NCBI RefSeq assembly: GCF_009914755.1 | Contig: NC_060944.1 | Length of the DNA: 64,000 bases | Strand: one strand, 5' to 3' | Origin: the human T2T-CHM13v2.0 reference genome, Homo sapiens | In this document: positions 23,763 through 51,323 of the stretch, piece after piece | Layout of the letters: each line of letters opens with the position of its first letter | How positions within the stretch are numbered: the first letter of the stretch is position 1 | Position numbers and translations under genes: made by a program | Notes under the pieces: model-generated | The model's input: the letters and a program-made list of their open reading frames with translations, nothing else | Told to the model about the DNA's origin: nothing | Database searches by the model: none

Positions 23763-24549
23763 AACAATTTAAGATTAAAAGGTGAGGGGCTGGGAGAAAA
23801 CTGAGAAAGGATGGTCATCTAGGATTTATCAGCCGCTCCCAGCAATCAAGAAGAAGAAGACAGATAACTGCACAAAGGAATAGGAACTGATAATTCCCAG
23901 AAGAGGAGACTGGGAAACCGGTAAACCTAAGGCAATATGCTTAATCTCATTAGGAATCAGGAAAATGCAAAGTAAACAAAGCCCCACCCCTAAGAGTAGT
24001 AGCCAAATGTAAAGGAGGGAAGTGGGAGCAGGAGGAGCCTCTCCCCCTGGGATGGGGAGGAGCCGGCCAGGTTCTGCGGAAGCAGAAGGGGGTGGGTGTA
24101 CTACTGCCATGGCGCAAACACACATCCAAGGGCTCTGCAGGGGGCCCCACCCTTACCCCCCAGACCATTTCTAGGAGTAGGGGCTGAACAGGACCCAGTG
24201 GAGGCTACCGTCCTGCATTGCGAGGGTTAAGTAAGAGGCTGAAGGTCAAGTGCGAGGTCCTGCAGGGCACTTCCAGCGGCTCTGTCTCAGCCGGCCCAGT
24301 GGCCATGCGGAACTGGGAGCAAGGAGAGTGGGAGATAAAACCCTGTTTCAGTGGTTTAGCGTGGGAAATGCTAAAGTGATCTGTGTAACACAGCTCCTGG
24401 GTGGGGAAGAGATGGGGAAGTAGCCTGTGGCCTGGAGGTGGCTAGGGACAGATTCTCAGGAGGGCTGGAAGGGGTCAAGGGCAGGGCTGCGCTATAACTT
24501 CCCTGGGCAGTGAGCATCTTGGCCTGCAGGGGCCCTTCCAATAAGAAAT

Positions 24550-25185
<636 letters not shown>

Positions 25186-26384
25186 GAAGTGCAGATTACA
25201 ACTTGGTATAATAATGAATAATTACTATTATATAATAACACATTTTATTTGACCTAAAGAACATTTTTTTGCCTTCTGATCCTAGAAGTAATTCACATGT
25301 GTTCGTGGGCGCATGCGTGGGCCTGTGCGTCTAATGGAGAGGTCACTGCAGAAAGGAAGCTCAGGGTTCTCCCAGGCAGCGGCAGGGTGTGGAAGTCTTT
25401 CTTTGCCTTTTTGACCATTTTGTAGAGGGAAGCTGCTCTGCTGTCCAGCCCTGCGGAGGGGGGCAGGGTCTGTGTCCCCAAGATGACAGAGGGTTGGGGG
25501 CAGTTCACTCCAGTGACCAGTGGTTGGCGGAAGTGTGCTTCGGAGTTCAGCCCACCTGGGTTTGAATCTACATCCTCCCCGCATGGAGCTAAGCCTGACC
25601 AGTGCGTGTGTTCACCAAGCTCAGGCGTCTTTTGTTTGTGTGTTTTTGGATGGAAAGGGGAAGCAGCCCTTCACCCGCTCTCTCCTCCCTTGCAGCCGTG
25701 CCACAGGGCCAGGGTTGCAATGAAGGCAGGTCTCAGGCAGGTCTCGGCTCTGCTCTGGCAAACGGGCCCCAGAGGTCTGAGGAATCCAGCCAGCTCCTCC
25801 AAGCTCATGTCCTTGGTCTCAGACCTACAGGCTTTGTGCACATCCTAGGCTGGTGACAGCATGTGTGTGTGTCACGGCTGGAGTGGCAGAGGCCCTGTGG
25901 GAGCCGCAGACCCAGGGCCGCTCCGTAGGTGTCAGGCTGTGTGGTCTGCCAGAGTCCCACACCTGTTCGTGTGAGGGGAAGGTGCCCGAGCAATACTGTA
26001 GCCAACCAAATACCATAGTGTCTTCAATACTACTCATTTCGCCCATGGAAAATTATGCCTAAGCCACCATACGGGTTAATGAACGCTCCAGCCCAGGTCC
26101 GAAGAGATGCCTTTAGCACAGGGACGTGTGGCAGTGTCTGGAGATGTGCCAGGCTGTCACAGGCTGTGCTCCTGGTGTGGGGACACTGCTGAACCCACAG
26201 GACAGCCTCCACAGCAAAGCGTTACATGCTGAGGTCCAGGGACCCTCCCATAACCAATTCCAGAGTGAGGGCTTCTGATTGGAGAGCCCCACTCTGCGTG
26301 TCCCTTAGTCACTCCTGGGACCTAGGTCAGGCGTACACACACCTGCACCACACTGCCTATATACAAGCACTTTACCTGTATTGT

Positions 26385-27961
<1,577 letters not shown>

Positions 27962-28399
27962 TCATGAGTCATCTTTATCTGGGAAAACCCCAATGGAGTG
28001 AGCTGGGACCCAGGGCTGCAGACTGATAGACAGAGGGAAGCGGCCTCCCTGGATCCCGGTCCTCACTCCCGTGCCTGCTGTTGACTATTCTGCGGTCAGG
28101 AGGCGTCCCTTTGCCTGCAGTCCTGGGACAGTGGAGCGCAGGGGACACTGGGGCTTCCCAAGGAATTGCTTGTTCTTCTCTTAAATCAGAAATCAGGGCA
28201 CTCATTATGTGTCTATCCATCAGGCCGCTGTCCTCTGCAGAGACACCTTGGGTGTCCCCTCCTGGCTCCAGGTGGTTCTGGAGGATGGCAGAGCCAGGAC
28301 CATGGGCTGCCCTGAAGGTGGTTCCAACCTGCTCTATTTAAACCAAGGGTCCTTTAAATTTGTCTCTTTTCATTTAAATATGCTCTTTAAAAACCAGCA

Positions 28400-28772
28400 G
28401 GCTGGGCATGGTGGCTCACACCATGTGGATGGCTTGAGGCCAGGAGTTTGAGACCAGCCTGGGCCACATAGCAAGACCCATCTCTATAAAAAAAAATTTT
28501 TTTTTTTGAGATGAAGTCTTGCTTTGTCGGCCAGTCTGGAGTGCAATGGTGTGATCTTAGATCCCTGCAACCTCCACCTCCTGGGTTCAAGCTGGGATTA
28601 TAGGCGTGCACCACCACACCCGACTAATTTTTGTATTTTTAATAGAGACGGGGTTTCACCATGTTGGCCAGGCTGGTCTCGAACTCCTGACCTCAGGTGT
28701 TCCACCTGCCTCAGCCTCCCAAAGTGCTGGGATTACAGATGCGAGCCCGTAATTACAGGCATGTGCCCAGCC
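28400..28772. mobile_element. FLAM(+) and AluS(-) joined tail-to-tail, both internally deleted
   Basis: A9 directly followed by T12 at 28488-28508. Confidence 0.85.
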
Positions 28773-29049
28773 CTAAACAATTTTTTTTTAAAAGACAGAA
28801 AAACTCCCTGCCCCCTGGAGTTAAGATTCTTGAGAAGGATACTTGATTAACTGATGAATAAGACAGTCAGAACAGTGATGAGCTCTTTGAAGGATATGGG
28901 TGAGGGGCAAGGCCACGTTAGCCAAGGGGGTCAGGGAGGACCTCTGTGAGGAAGTGGCCTTGGTTGTGAGGCCTGCAAGCTGGGAGAGAGTGATACAGAA
29001 GACCTGGGGGAAGGGAGGGGCTACACGGCAATCACTGGTTGTATTGAGA

Positions 29050-31900
<2,851 letters not shown>

Positions 31901-31922
31901 CATTCTGTCTCTCCAAAGATTT

Positions 31923-32737
<815 letters not shown>

Positions 32738-32789
32738 TGAGGATTTATAGCGAGTTTTAATATTGGGTAGGTCTAACCTCCTATCTTAG

Positions 32790-33240
32790 TTTACTATTGT
32801 TTCTGTAACTTAATAGCTTAAAACAACATAGATTTAATATCTTACATTTCTGGAGGGCAGAAGTCCAAAAGGGTTCTCATGGACTAGAATGAAGGTGTCC
32901 ACAGGATTGTGAAGTCTCCTCTCTGGAGACTGTCAGGGAGGCTCTGCTCTCTGCCCTTTCCAGCCTCTGCAGGCAGCCGGGTGTTCCCTGGCTCTTGCTT
33001 TCCTTCCTTCAGAGCCCTCAGTGGCTGGCTGAGTCTTTCTCACGCTGCCTCCCTCTTCCGCTTCCAAGAATCCCTGTGGTTATAATGGGCTCACCTGGAT
33101 AATCTGCCCATCTCAGCAGTAACTGACCAGCAACCTAAGTTCCACCTGCAACCTTCATTCCCTCTTGCCAGGTAAGAGCATATTCACAGGCTCCGGGCAT
33201 CAGGAAGTGGACAACTCTGGAGGACCATTATTCTCCCAAC
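32790..33240. mobile_element. MLT1 (ERVL-MaLR) LTR
   Basis: GCTTAAAACAACA...TTCTGGAGGGCAGAAGTCCAAAA...GGATAATCTGCCCATCTCA. Confidence 0.7.
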
Positions 33241-33269
33241 CATGTCCCCGTCATTGTTTTTCCTCTTTG

Positions 33270-33755
33270 TTTTGAGACAGGGTCTCAGTCTCTCATTGTC
33301 ACCCAGGCTGGAGTGCAGTGGCGCCATCATAGCTTACTACAGCCTCATCTCCTGGGCTCAAGTGATCCTCCTACCTCAGCATCCAGGGTAGCTGGGACCA
33401 CAGGTGCATGCCACCGTATCCAGCCATTTTTTAAAAATTATTTTATTTTATTTATTATTATTATTATTATTATTTTTGAGACGGAGTCTAGCTCTGTCAC
33501 CGAGGCTGGATGCAGTGGCGTGATCCCGGCTCACTGCAACCTCCGCCTCCCGAGTTCAAGTGATTCTCCTGCCTCAGCTTCCCGTAGCTGGGATTACAGG
33601 CATGCACCACCAAGTCTGGCCAATTTTTGTATTTTTAGTAGAGATGGGGTTTCACCAAGCTGACCAGGCTGGTCTCGAATTCCTGGTCTCAAGGGATTCA
33701 TCTGCCTCAGCTTCCCAAAGTGCTGAGATCACAAGCATGAGCCACCATGCCTGTC
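33270..33755 (-). mobile_element. Two antisense Alu pieces
   Basis: Right arm plus a dimer with an (ATT)n tail. Confidence 0.85.
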
Positions 33756-34172
33756 CTGTTTTATTTGGGTGACATTAAATCTATCTATTACTTTAGGAAG
33801 GACATGATAAGCATTTTCATTTGGACAGACTCCTCTCCTCAGGACTATTTACAATTTACCTAATGTAAGTCTTGTAAATCTCTGACGTGGCATATGCCTA
33901 GTACTTTATCTTATAATTTGTGTCTTTTTTTTCATTCTGTGTTCTCTTGGGTTGTTATTCTCCTAAAGAAATCAGTCTATTTAAATTTTCTGCCTTTCCA
34001 AATTATATTTTCCCAGGAAATTAGCCATCGTATCCAAGTTGTAAATTTCAAATGTAAGCAGAACAGTCTCCTATTATTATTTACATTTCTTCTATTTCTA
34101 TAGTTATTTCCCCCTAATCATTTCTTATTTTGTGCATTTGAGCCTTTTGCCTTCTTTTCTTGATTAGGTTAG

Positions 34173-34769
<597 letters not shown>

Positions 34770-34774
34770 GGTGA

Positions 34775-34873
<99 letters not shown>

Positions 34874-34944
34874 TAATTCCTCCAATCTCCCTTGATTTAT
34901 TTTATTCTTTTCTTATTTCTTTATATTTTATTTACTCATGTAGG

Positions 34945-35710
34945 GTTTTTTTGTTTGTTTGTTTTTGTTTTTTTTTATGAGATGGACTCTTGCTCTGTCA
35001 CCCAGGCTGGAGTGCAGTGGCACGATCTTGGCTCACTGCAAGCTCCACCTCCCCCGGTTCACGCCATTCTCCTGCCTCAGCCTCCCAAGTGGCTGGGACT
35101 ACAGGCGCCCACCACCACGCCCGGCTAATTTTTGTATTTTTAGTAGAGACGGGGTTTCGCAGTGTTAGCCAGGATGGTCTCGATCTCCTGACCTCGTGAT
35201 CCGCCCACCTTGGCCTTCCAAAGTGCTGGGATTACAGGCATGAGCCACCACACCCGGCCACTCATGTAGGTTTTTAAGGATATAAATTTTCGTCTGAGGA
35301 CATTTTTATTTGAACCCCGCAGGTTCTATATGTTGTTTTTATTATTTTTATTTAATGTGCTGCAACTTTTTTTTGTGCTTGCTCTTTGCTGTAAGAGCTG
35401 TTTAAGAAAGTCTTGGTCAGGAGGGGTGGCTCATGCGTGTAATCCCAGCACTTTGGGAGGCCGAGGTGGGAGGATTGCTTGAGGCCAGGAGTTCGAAACC
35501 AGCCTGGTCAACATAGCAAAACCCTGTCTCTGCAAAAGAAAAACTTTAAAATTAGCTGGGCATGGTGGCGCATGCCTGTAGTCCCAGCTACCTGGGAGGC
35601 TGAGGTGGGAGGATCACTTAAGTCCCGGAGGACGAAGCTGCACTGAGCCGTGATCACACCACTGCACTCAGCCTAGGCGACAGAGGGAGACCCTGTCTTA
35701 AAAAGCAAGA
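34945..35710. mobile_element. AluY(-) 34945-35259 and AluJ(+) 35415-35710
   Basis: Alu matches; first copy has TSD ACTCATGTAGG. Confidence 0.88.
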
Positions 35711-36131
35711 AAAGAAGAAAGTCCATTATTAAGGTCTTTTAATAACTGCCCTGTGTCATTGCTTTGTGATTACAGAGTGCTGTCTGTGCTATTTTCATTC
35801 TGTGGAATTTTCCTCCAAATAGCTCACTATGGGGTCAGTATTTATGACTGTTCCATTGGTACTGGAGAGGCAGAGTATGTTGTATATTTTCAGGGTTCTC
35901 AGCTTAAAATATTTGTAGAATTCTGATCTTTTGCATTCTTACTTATTTCTGTCCACTTCATCTGTCATGATATGAGAGGGGTAATTATTATAATTTTGTG
36001 ATTTCAATTACTATTATTCAAAACTTTGCTGGCTAATCTTGACAGCTAAGTTCACTAAACATAAGATGCAAGTTGAGCTCAAAAATGTTAAAATGTAGGG
36101 GAAGGAAAGTGTCTTCGAATCAATAGGATAA

Positions 36132-36590
<459 letters not shown>

Positions 36591-37057
36591 TAGATTCTTT
36601 TGGGGAATAGCTGGTAGCTTTATGAAGTGGAGCCTTCTCTTCAGCAAATATGGTGTTTCCCCATTTCTTTCCTTCTTCTTTTATGTTCCTTCATAGTTTT
36701 ACGGTTTTCTTCTTCAGGCTCCTATACGTTTCCTGTTAGGAATATTTCTAGGGATTGGTCTTTGTTCTCCTATGAAGGGGGTATTTTTACCACTATGTCC
36801 CCTAACTGGTTGTTGTTGGTTTATAGTAACTTCCCCTCCTGCTTCTTTTTTGTGTAAAGTTATTTAGTAAACAGCTCCCTCACTATTTCCAATTGGTTAA
36901 CACTTCCAGAGGGATAAGACAATAGAGGATGCTTCCTTTTTACAAAAATGCCACCCATATTTCATAACGAAGAATAACTTTTTAAATAACAGATTAATTT
37001 TTGTCCTTGCAAAAGTAATATATATTCACTACACAGATTTATAAAATATAGAGGGAT

Positions 37058-37519
<462 letters not shown>

Positions 37520-37520
<1 letters not shown>

Positions 37521-37860
37521 GAATGAAGTACTGATACATGCCACAACATGGATGAACCTTGAGAACATGATAGTACGTGAAAGCAGTCAAACACAAAGGC
37601 CATAGAGTATATGATTTCATTTACATCAAAGTATCCAGAAGAGCCAAATCCATAGAGACATAAAGTAGATTAGTGGTTGCCTTGGAGGTGTAGGGGAATG
37701 GGAGGGTTGCAGAGTGATGATAAGTGGGGTTTCTTTTTGGGCGCATGAAAATGGTGGCTGCACAGCTCCACAAATTTACTAAATATACCATTGAAACGTA
37801 TACTTTAAATAGGTGAATTGTATAGTATGTGAATTATATCTCAATAAAGCTGTTAAGAAT
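37520..37860 (+). mobile_element. L1MB/MC 3' end
   Basis: GATACATGCCACAACATGGATGAACCTTGA...GAATTATATCTCAATAAAGCTGTT. Confidence 0.8.
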
Positions 37861-38019
37861 GATTCACAAACTCTACTCATTCAAAATATGTCAACTCTAC
37901 TCTGCCAGATGGTGAGAACACGGCCCTGAACAAGACCAAGGCCGTTCTTGTCTTCACAGGATGCTATTCTGGTGAACTTCCTCTGGAACTATATTCTATA
38001 TCCTTACAAAGAAAATACT

Positions 38020-39200
<1,181 letters not shown>

Positions 39201-39264
39201 CCATTTCACCTCTAGACACCCTTTTCCTTATTTCCAGGTAAAGTCAGCTTCCCTTTGGCAGTGC

Positions 39265-40500
<1,236 letters not shown>

Positions 40501-40972
40501 CTCAGCCCCTGTGTAGCACAGCACCAAGGGATGCCACTCAGATGGTCATCTATGTGAGTGGTGCGGCGACCAGCCTGCACAGCCAAGCCGGTGGTGCTTC
40601 TGTGGCTTTTGTCTCTCTGGATCAGTTGGACTTCTTTCCTTAGAAGCCTCATAGAATTCACTGAATCTTTCTTCCTCGTGACCTTCCTTCAGATCATTCA
40701 AGCTTTCTCCAGGCAAAACAGCTCCAGCTTCTTCAAACTGGCACCATGTGACATGACTTTAGTTTTAATTTTTCTCTTTTTAAAGTTTTTAAAAATAATA
40801 GAGACAAGGTGTCACTATATTGAGCAGGCTGGTCTTGAACTCCTGAGCTCAAGTGATCCTCCTGCCTTAGCTGCCCAAAGGGCTAGGAGTACAGGCATGA
40901 GCCACTGCACCCAGCCAACATGAGATGACTTTATATTCAGTTTCTCAACAGACCCAGATGCACAGTTGGTGA

Positions 40973-42004
<1,032 letters not shown>

Positions 42005-42099
42005 GTGACAAATACTTTGGCAGTGTCACCTGTTTTCTTATGTATCTATCCATCCTCTTTGCCCTTCCTTGAAAACATTCTAGTTTGTCAACATTTCAC

Positions 42100-42680
42100 T
42101 TAAAATATAGTATTTATTGAGTGCTTACTCTTTGCCAGACACTGTTTGAAGCAGCATACATAATGAGATTGTTCTTATTGAATTTCTTTTTTTTTTTTTT
42201 TTTTTGAGACAGGGTCTCGCTCTGTCACCCGGGCTGGAGTGCTGGAGTGCAGTGGCATGATCTCCGCTCACTGCAACCTCTGCCTCCCGGGTTCAAGCAG
42301 TTCTCAAGCCTCAGTCTCTCGAGTAGCTGAGATTACAGGCACCTGCCACCATGCTTGGCTAATTTTTGTATTTTTAGAAGAGACAGGGTTTCTCCATGCT
42401 GGCCATGCTGGTCTCAAACTCCGGGCCTCAAGTGATCCACCTGCCTCAGCCTCCCAAAGTGCTAGGATTACAGGTGTGAGCCACCATGCCTGGCCTCATT
42501 AAATCTTTTTAGCAACCCTGTGAGTTGTATCATGCCATTTTACTGGAGAGGAAAGTCAGGCACAAAGAAGTTAAGTAACTCCACCAAGATCACACAGCTC
42601 ATAGGTGGGGAGCCAAAATTTGAACCCAGGCAGTTTGAGTCTAGGACCTGTGCAGTTAGCCCCTATGCAATGCTCCCTCC
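42100..42680 (-). mobile_element. MIR split by AluS(-) 42185-42495
   Basis: TTTATTGAGTGCTTACT...GGCACAAAGAAGTTAAGTAACT...TTTGAACCCAGGCAGT. Confidence 0.75.
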
Positions 42681-43102
42681 CGAAGCCACTCTCTGTACCC
42701 AGAAGGGGCTGTCCTAGGACCAGGGATCATTCTTTCTTGGCCCCTCTGCTTTGCATTCTGTATTCTTCTTAGTAAACATCCTCATTCCCATTTGCTTTTT
42801 AGCAGCTATATTATTTCATTGCCTTAAATTGAACTCAGAGTCCCTTTAAAAGATCTGTGTTTGTCACGTGAACTACTGAAAACAAGGCTTCCCACATCCT
42901 CATTAAGGTAAATGCAATAAAAAAAGTTTTTTTTTTTGGCTAAATTTTTTAATGTGGTTGCTTTTGGTCATTGTTTCAACCAGAGGCCCAGCTCAGCTTT
43001 TTATGTTATTGATATGGCGGCAGATTTCACATAGAGCAGCATCTCATTTACAAAGAACACAGAATGCCATGCCATGGACTCCAGAGATGGAAAAGTCCTT
43101 TG

Positions 43103-44475
<1,373 letters not shown>

Positions 44476-44669
44476 AAAACTCAAGTTTCTGAAACAAGAA
44501 AACAAATGTCTCAAATAGTCTAAAGAATACGGTTTTTTACTAGGGTGTTTAGCAATTTTCTTGCAGATTCTGATCTATCTCTATGTGATATAATAGGTGC
44601 AAAGCTCAACTGCTCCACTCAGCGGTTATGTGTGGGGGCCTCATTTTCTCCAGCTGTGGGATTGGGAAG

Positions 44670-44970
44670 CAAGTCGATTCCTTTTTTATAATTTTGAAAT
44701 CCAGGAAACGCCAAAACCGTTAGCTTTCTTTCCCATCAGTTTGGCAGAAATTCACTGAGGTGAAGAGACGGGAGGTTATTTAAGGCCTCTATTTAGCTCA
44801 TTTAAGGTGAATATCCACACACTTTGCTGAGAAATACGATCAGATAAGAGGATGCTGCCCCAGCTCCCATGGGACTTGTATGTGCTTTGTATTAGCCTTC
44901 TACAATCCACAGAGCTCAGATTCTGAAACACGTCTGGCCCTAGCGGTTTTGGATGAGGGGTAACACCTGT
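44670..44970 (-). mobile_element. MER46C/Tigger-like relic
   Basis: Minus strand TACAGGTGTTACCCCTCATCCAAAACCGCTAGGGCCAGACGTGTTTCAGAATC. Confidence 0.5.
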
Positions 44971-45439
44971 AACACCCAGAGGTGGCTGAGAGCAGTGAAT
45001 GAGAATCCACGGACAGCACTGAAATTCACACCTTGGGGAACCTCTGATGTCCCTGTATCTGGCCAGTAGTTTCTGCCACTTACTGTTTAGATAGACGCAG
45101 AGAAAACAAGTAGGGACACAATTTCGGTAGCTGGAAGGGAGAACATTCCTTCGCCCTCCAACTAAGTGACTCTCCTCTCGCTTCTCAAGGCCAAGGAAGC
45201 TCTGCCGTAAGGCTAAACGCGACACTCAGGGAGCATTTGGAATCTTGCCCTGTGGCCTCTTGCCTCTAAAGCTGCAAGACCCTTTATGTGGCTCTGCTGT
45301 GGAAGGGAAAGGAGTAGAGAAAAACTACTCAAATGACTGCAGAGATGTAGAAGCTTTCCTTATCAGGGAGAGAATGGGAAGCTGCGATTGCTGTTTCCTG
45401 TTACTGTAGTGAACATTTCAAAATTATGACATAAAAATG

Positions 45440-46580
<1,141 letters not shown>

Positions 46581-46739
46581 CACGTGTTCTTTAGACAGTG
46601 GTGATTGTCCCAGGACCTACTTGCCTCACAGGGTGTGGTGGGGATCCAGTGAGGGCATCTATGCAAAGAGCTTAGAACAGTGCCTGGCACATAGTAAGGG
46701 CTCAGGACACATTAACAACGAATATGGTTTTAGAGATCG

Positions 46740-46945
46740 GGGTCCCAGACAAAGCTATGCCAGTGCTGAAACACTGTCGATCGGAACCACCTAGGAGCAC
46801 CTTTTAAAACTCTCAAAGCCAAGGCCACACCCCACACCATAAATTAAGTCACAGCCTCTGGGGGTGGGGTCTGAGCATCAGTATTTTCTGGAAGTTTCCC
46901 AGGAGTTTTCAATATGCAGCCACGTTTGGGAACTGTCTGGTCTAG
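46740..46945. mobile_element. MER5-like hAT relic
   Basis: CTCTGGGGGTGGGGTCTGAGCATCAGTATTTT...TGCAGCCACGTTTGGGAACT. Confidence 0.6.
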
Positions 46946-47029
46946 AACTTTGTGTGCCTGAGGCCTGCGCTGGGAGAACTGACTTTAAAAAGACACAGAC
47001 AGGCAGTCATTTTGTAGCTAGAGGTGAAG

Positions 47030-47520
47030 CAGATGGCGTGGGGGCAGAAGGGTGTGGGACCTGGGACCCAGCGGGGGGCTACGGCTCCCAGGGGCCTTCG
47101 AGCCTGGCAACCACTGGCACCCCCACTCCCCCCAGGCTGGGATGGAGCCACTGTCTGCACCCGAGGAGGCCTCCAGAGCAGGAGGCGGGAGCAGCAGCTC
47201 TGAGCCCGGCTTGGGCACCAGAGGGAGCTCGTGGGGACGCGCCACGGCTCCATCCCTGCAGCTGGTTCAAACTGGTTTGGGCAGGGTGCGGCCTGGGCGG
47301 GCTGCATTCCAGGCCTCAGGCTCGCGGCTGTCCGGGGCCTCCCCAAGGGCTGCGGACCTAGGGCAGGGAGCAGCAGGGGCAGGGCCCCCGGGCAGGAGCC
47401 CAGCACCCTGAGAGGCTGGGGAGATGTTTAAAAACTCAGTCCTCTTTGTGTAAAATCATTTACTTGGCCTCCCATGGGGGTCCCTGACTAAGGCTGGCAG
47501 CGCGGCGGAGCCCCTGGATA
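47030..47520. promoter_or_regulatory. CpG/GC-rich element with a TFCP2/GRHL site
   Basis: CTGGTTCAAACTGG at 47262-47275 overlapping AACTGGTT; local CpG enrichment. Confidence 0.45.
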
Positions 47521-47879
47521 GGGTTATTCCCAGACATCAGTGTGCATTAGAATCGAAGCAGAGCTTGTTAAATGCGGAGGCCCAGTGCCCCCTCTCACCA
47601 AAGATCCTGATTCAGAACGTCTGGGGTGGGCTTCTGGGCATCCATATTTTTAGCAAAATATTTCTAAGGTACAATCACATATTCAGAAAAAAAGGCTAGA
47701 AACAAAATGATTGTCAACCAGCCAACCTGGCCCAGGGTATGAATCGCTGGGACACTTGTGAAGGACACAGAGACCCCTTCCCCAGACCTCCTCTTTCCCC
47801 AGGGAAGAGGATTTGGGTAATCAGCACTTTTAGCTAATATCCCAGGCTTTTTTTTTTTTTTTCATATGGGCAATTTCCT

Positions 47880-49339
<1,460 letters not shown>

Positions 49340-49904
49340 TTAAAAACTGTGCTAATGGCACAGTGCCCTACAGAGCCTTCTGCAACACGACTTTTCTTCC
49401 TTAGCTTTATGTTTCTGAGATTTATCCACCAGGAGAAGTTTGCTGTGCTCAGGTCAATTTGGTGATCTGAGGCCAGTCCTGGGCTCTTTGTGGGAGATGC
49501 CTAGCCAGCAGGCAAGGGCAAGGGTCTGAGACCGGCTCCCAGGGGATGGCGAGGAGGGCTCAGAGCATCAGGGAAATCATGACAATGACGAATGGCCGAG
49601 TGTGGGCTCAGTGAGTTCCTATAAAACCCTTAAGCACTTGAGGCCCAAGTCTTTGCCAAGAATTTTCCAGAAAATGACTGGCCTGAAGGCCTGGATATTT
49701 GGATAGGGAGAAATTAGCAGTGGACAGATTTGGAAGTGGGAATTGTGCAGTGATGGACTACACAAAAGGCAGGTCAAACATGTGTTGTTTAGGCCCCTAC
49801 CTAGGGTGGCCAACTACAATATAAATTCAGATTTAATGGAGAGGAAGGTGTGGGACGTCCTATATATTTATTTGCACCCTTGATACCAGCCCCTCCTTTT
49901 TAAA

Positions 49905-50515
<611 letters not shown>

Positions 50516-50879
50516 AGTCATCAAACGAAAAATCAAAACTTCAGACTTGTCTTATACCTATTTGCCTTTTAGTACTTTCCTCATTAGCACTGTTGGGGTG
50601 GGAGATGAGGCGCACCTCGCTCTCTTCAGCCCCAAGGCTTGTAAAGGGTCTATCTAGGCCGGCCTCCGAGGGCATGGAGGGAGTGGGTGCGGTTGTGAAA
50701 TGTAGTGCGCTCAATAGTTTCCTGGTGAAGTTTATTTTAAAATCCGCACCGAAGAGGAAGACGAGGACCGTCACACTCGGCCTTCCCTAAATTCCAGGAC
50801 CCTCCGCCCGATGCAAACTAGATGCTTTAGTAGGATGGGAACGGGTGGGGGGCGGGCGGCTTTGGGCTTCCTCTAAGCT

Positions 50880-51265
50880 AGCGCCTCTCTAACCCGGACG
50901 CCCGTTAGAATCACCCGGGGAGTTTTAGAAACTACCGATGCCCAAGCCCCACTCCGAAGGATTCCAACTTAATCGGCCTGGTGCGAGGCCTGGCTTCCGG
51001 GCTTTTAAAAGCTTCCCGGGGATTCTATTTTACGGCCGGGTCCGGGGCCGGGAGCCTGTACTCTACCGGGATTCCGATGGGGAGGGGTGGCTTGCCCCAA
51101 TAGTTCTCAAATTTAGCTTTGGGTCAACAATCTGGTTGGAACCACCTAACAAACATCAAAAGATCCTGATGCCCAGGTCTTAACCCAGAGACGGTGTGGT
51201 CCAGGCTTGGGAAATTCTAAAAGAGCTCCAGGTGACTGCCATCTGCAAGCGAGTTTGCAAAGCAC
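50880..51265. mobile_element. Two MER5-like hAT relics within the BCAS4 promoter
   Basis: TTAGAATCACCCGGGGAG...GATGCCCAAGCCCCACTCC...TTTTAAAAGCTTCCCGGGGATTCTA; second copy GATGCCCAGG...AAAGAGCTCCAGGTGA. Confidence 0.55.
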
Positions 51266-51309
51266 TGATGCCCAGGTGCTGCGGGGGCGGGCGCAGCGCG
51301 CGCCGCTCG

Positions 51310-51323
51310 CCACTGGGTGGCGC
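51310..51323 (+). promoter_or_regulatory. Candidate CTCF motif
   Basis: CCACTGGGTGGCGC, one mismatch to CCASYAGRKGGCRS. Confidence 0.5.

Noticed and set aside
25290-25510. Possible processed pseudogene (MVKKAKKDFH... on the minus strand)
   Set aside because: No recognisable parent protein, poly-A tail or TSD
46864-47431. Cluster of 120-165 aa ORFs
   Set aside because: GC-rich low-complexity frames on both strands; better explained as a regulatory element
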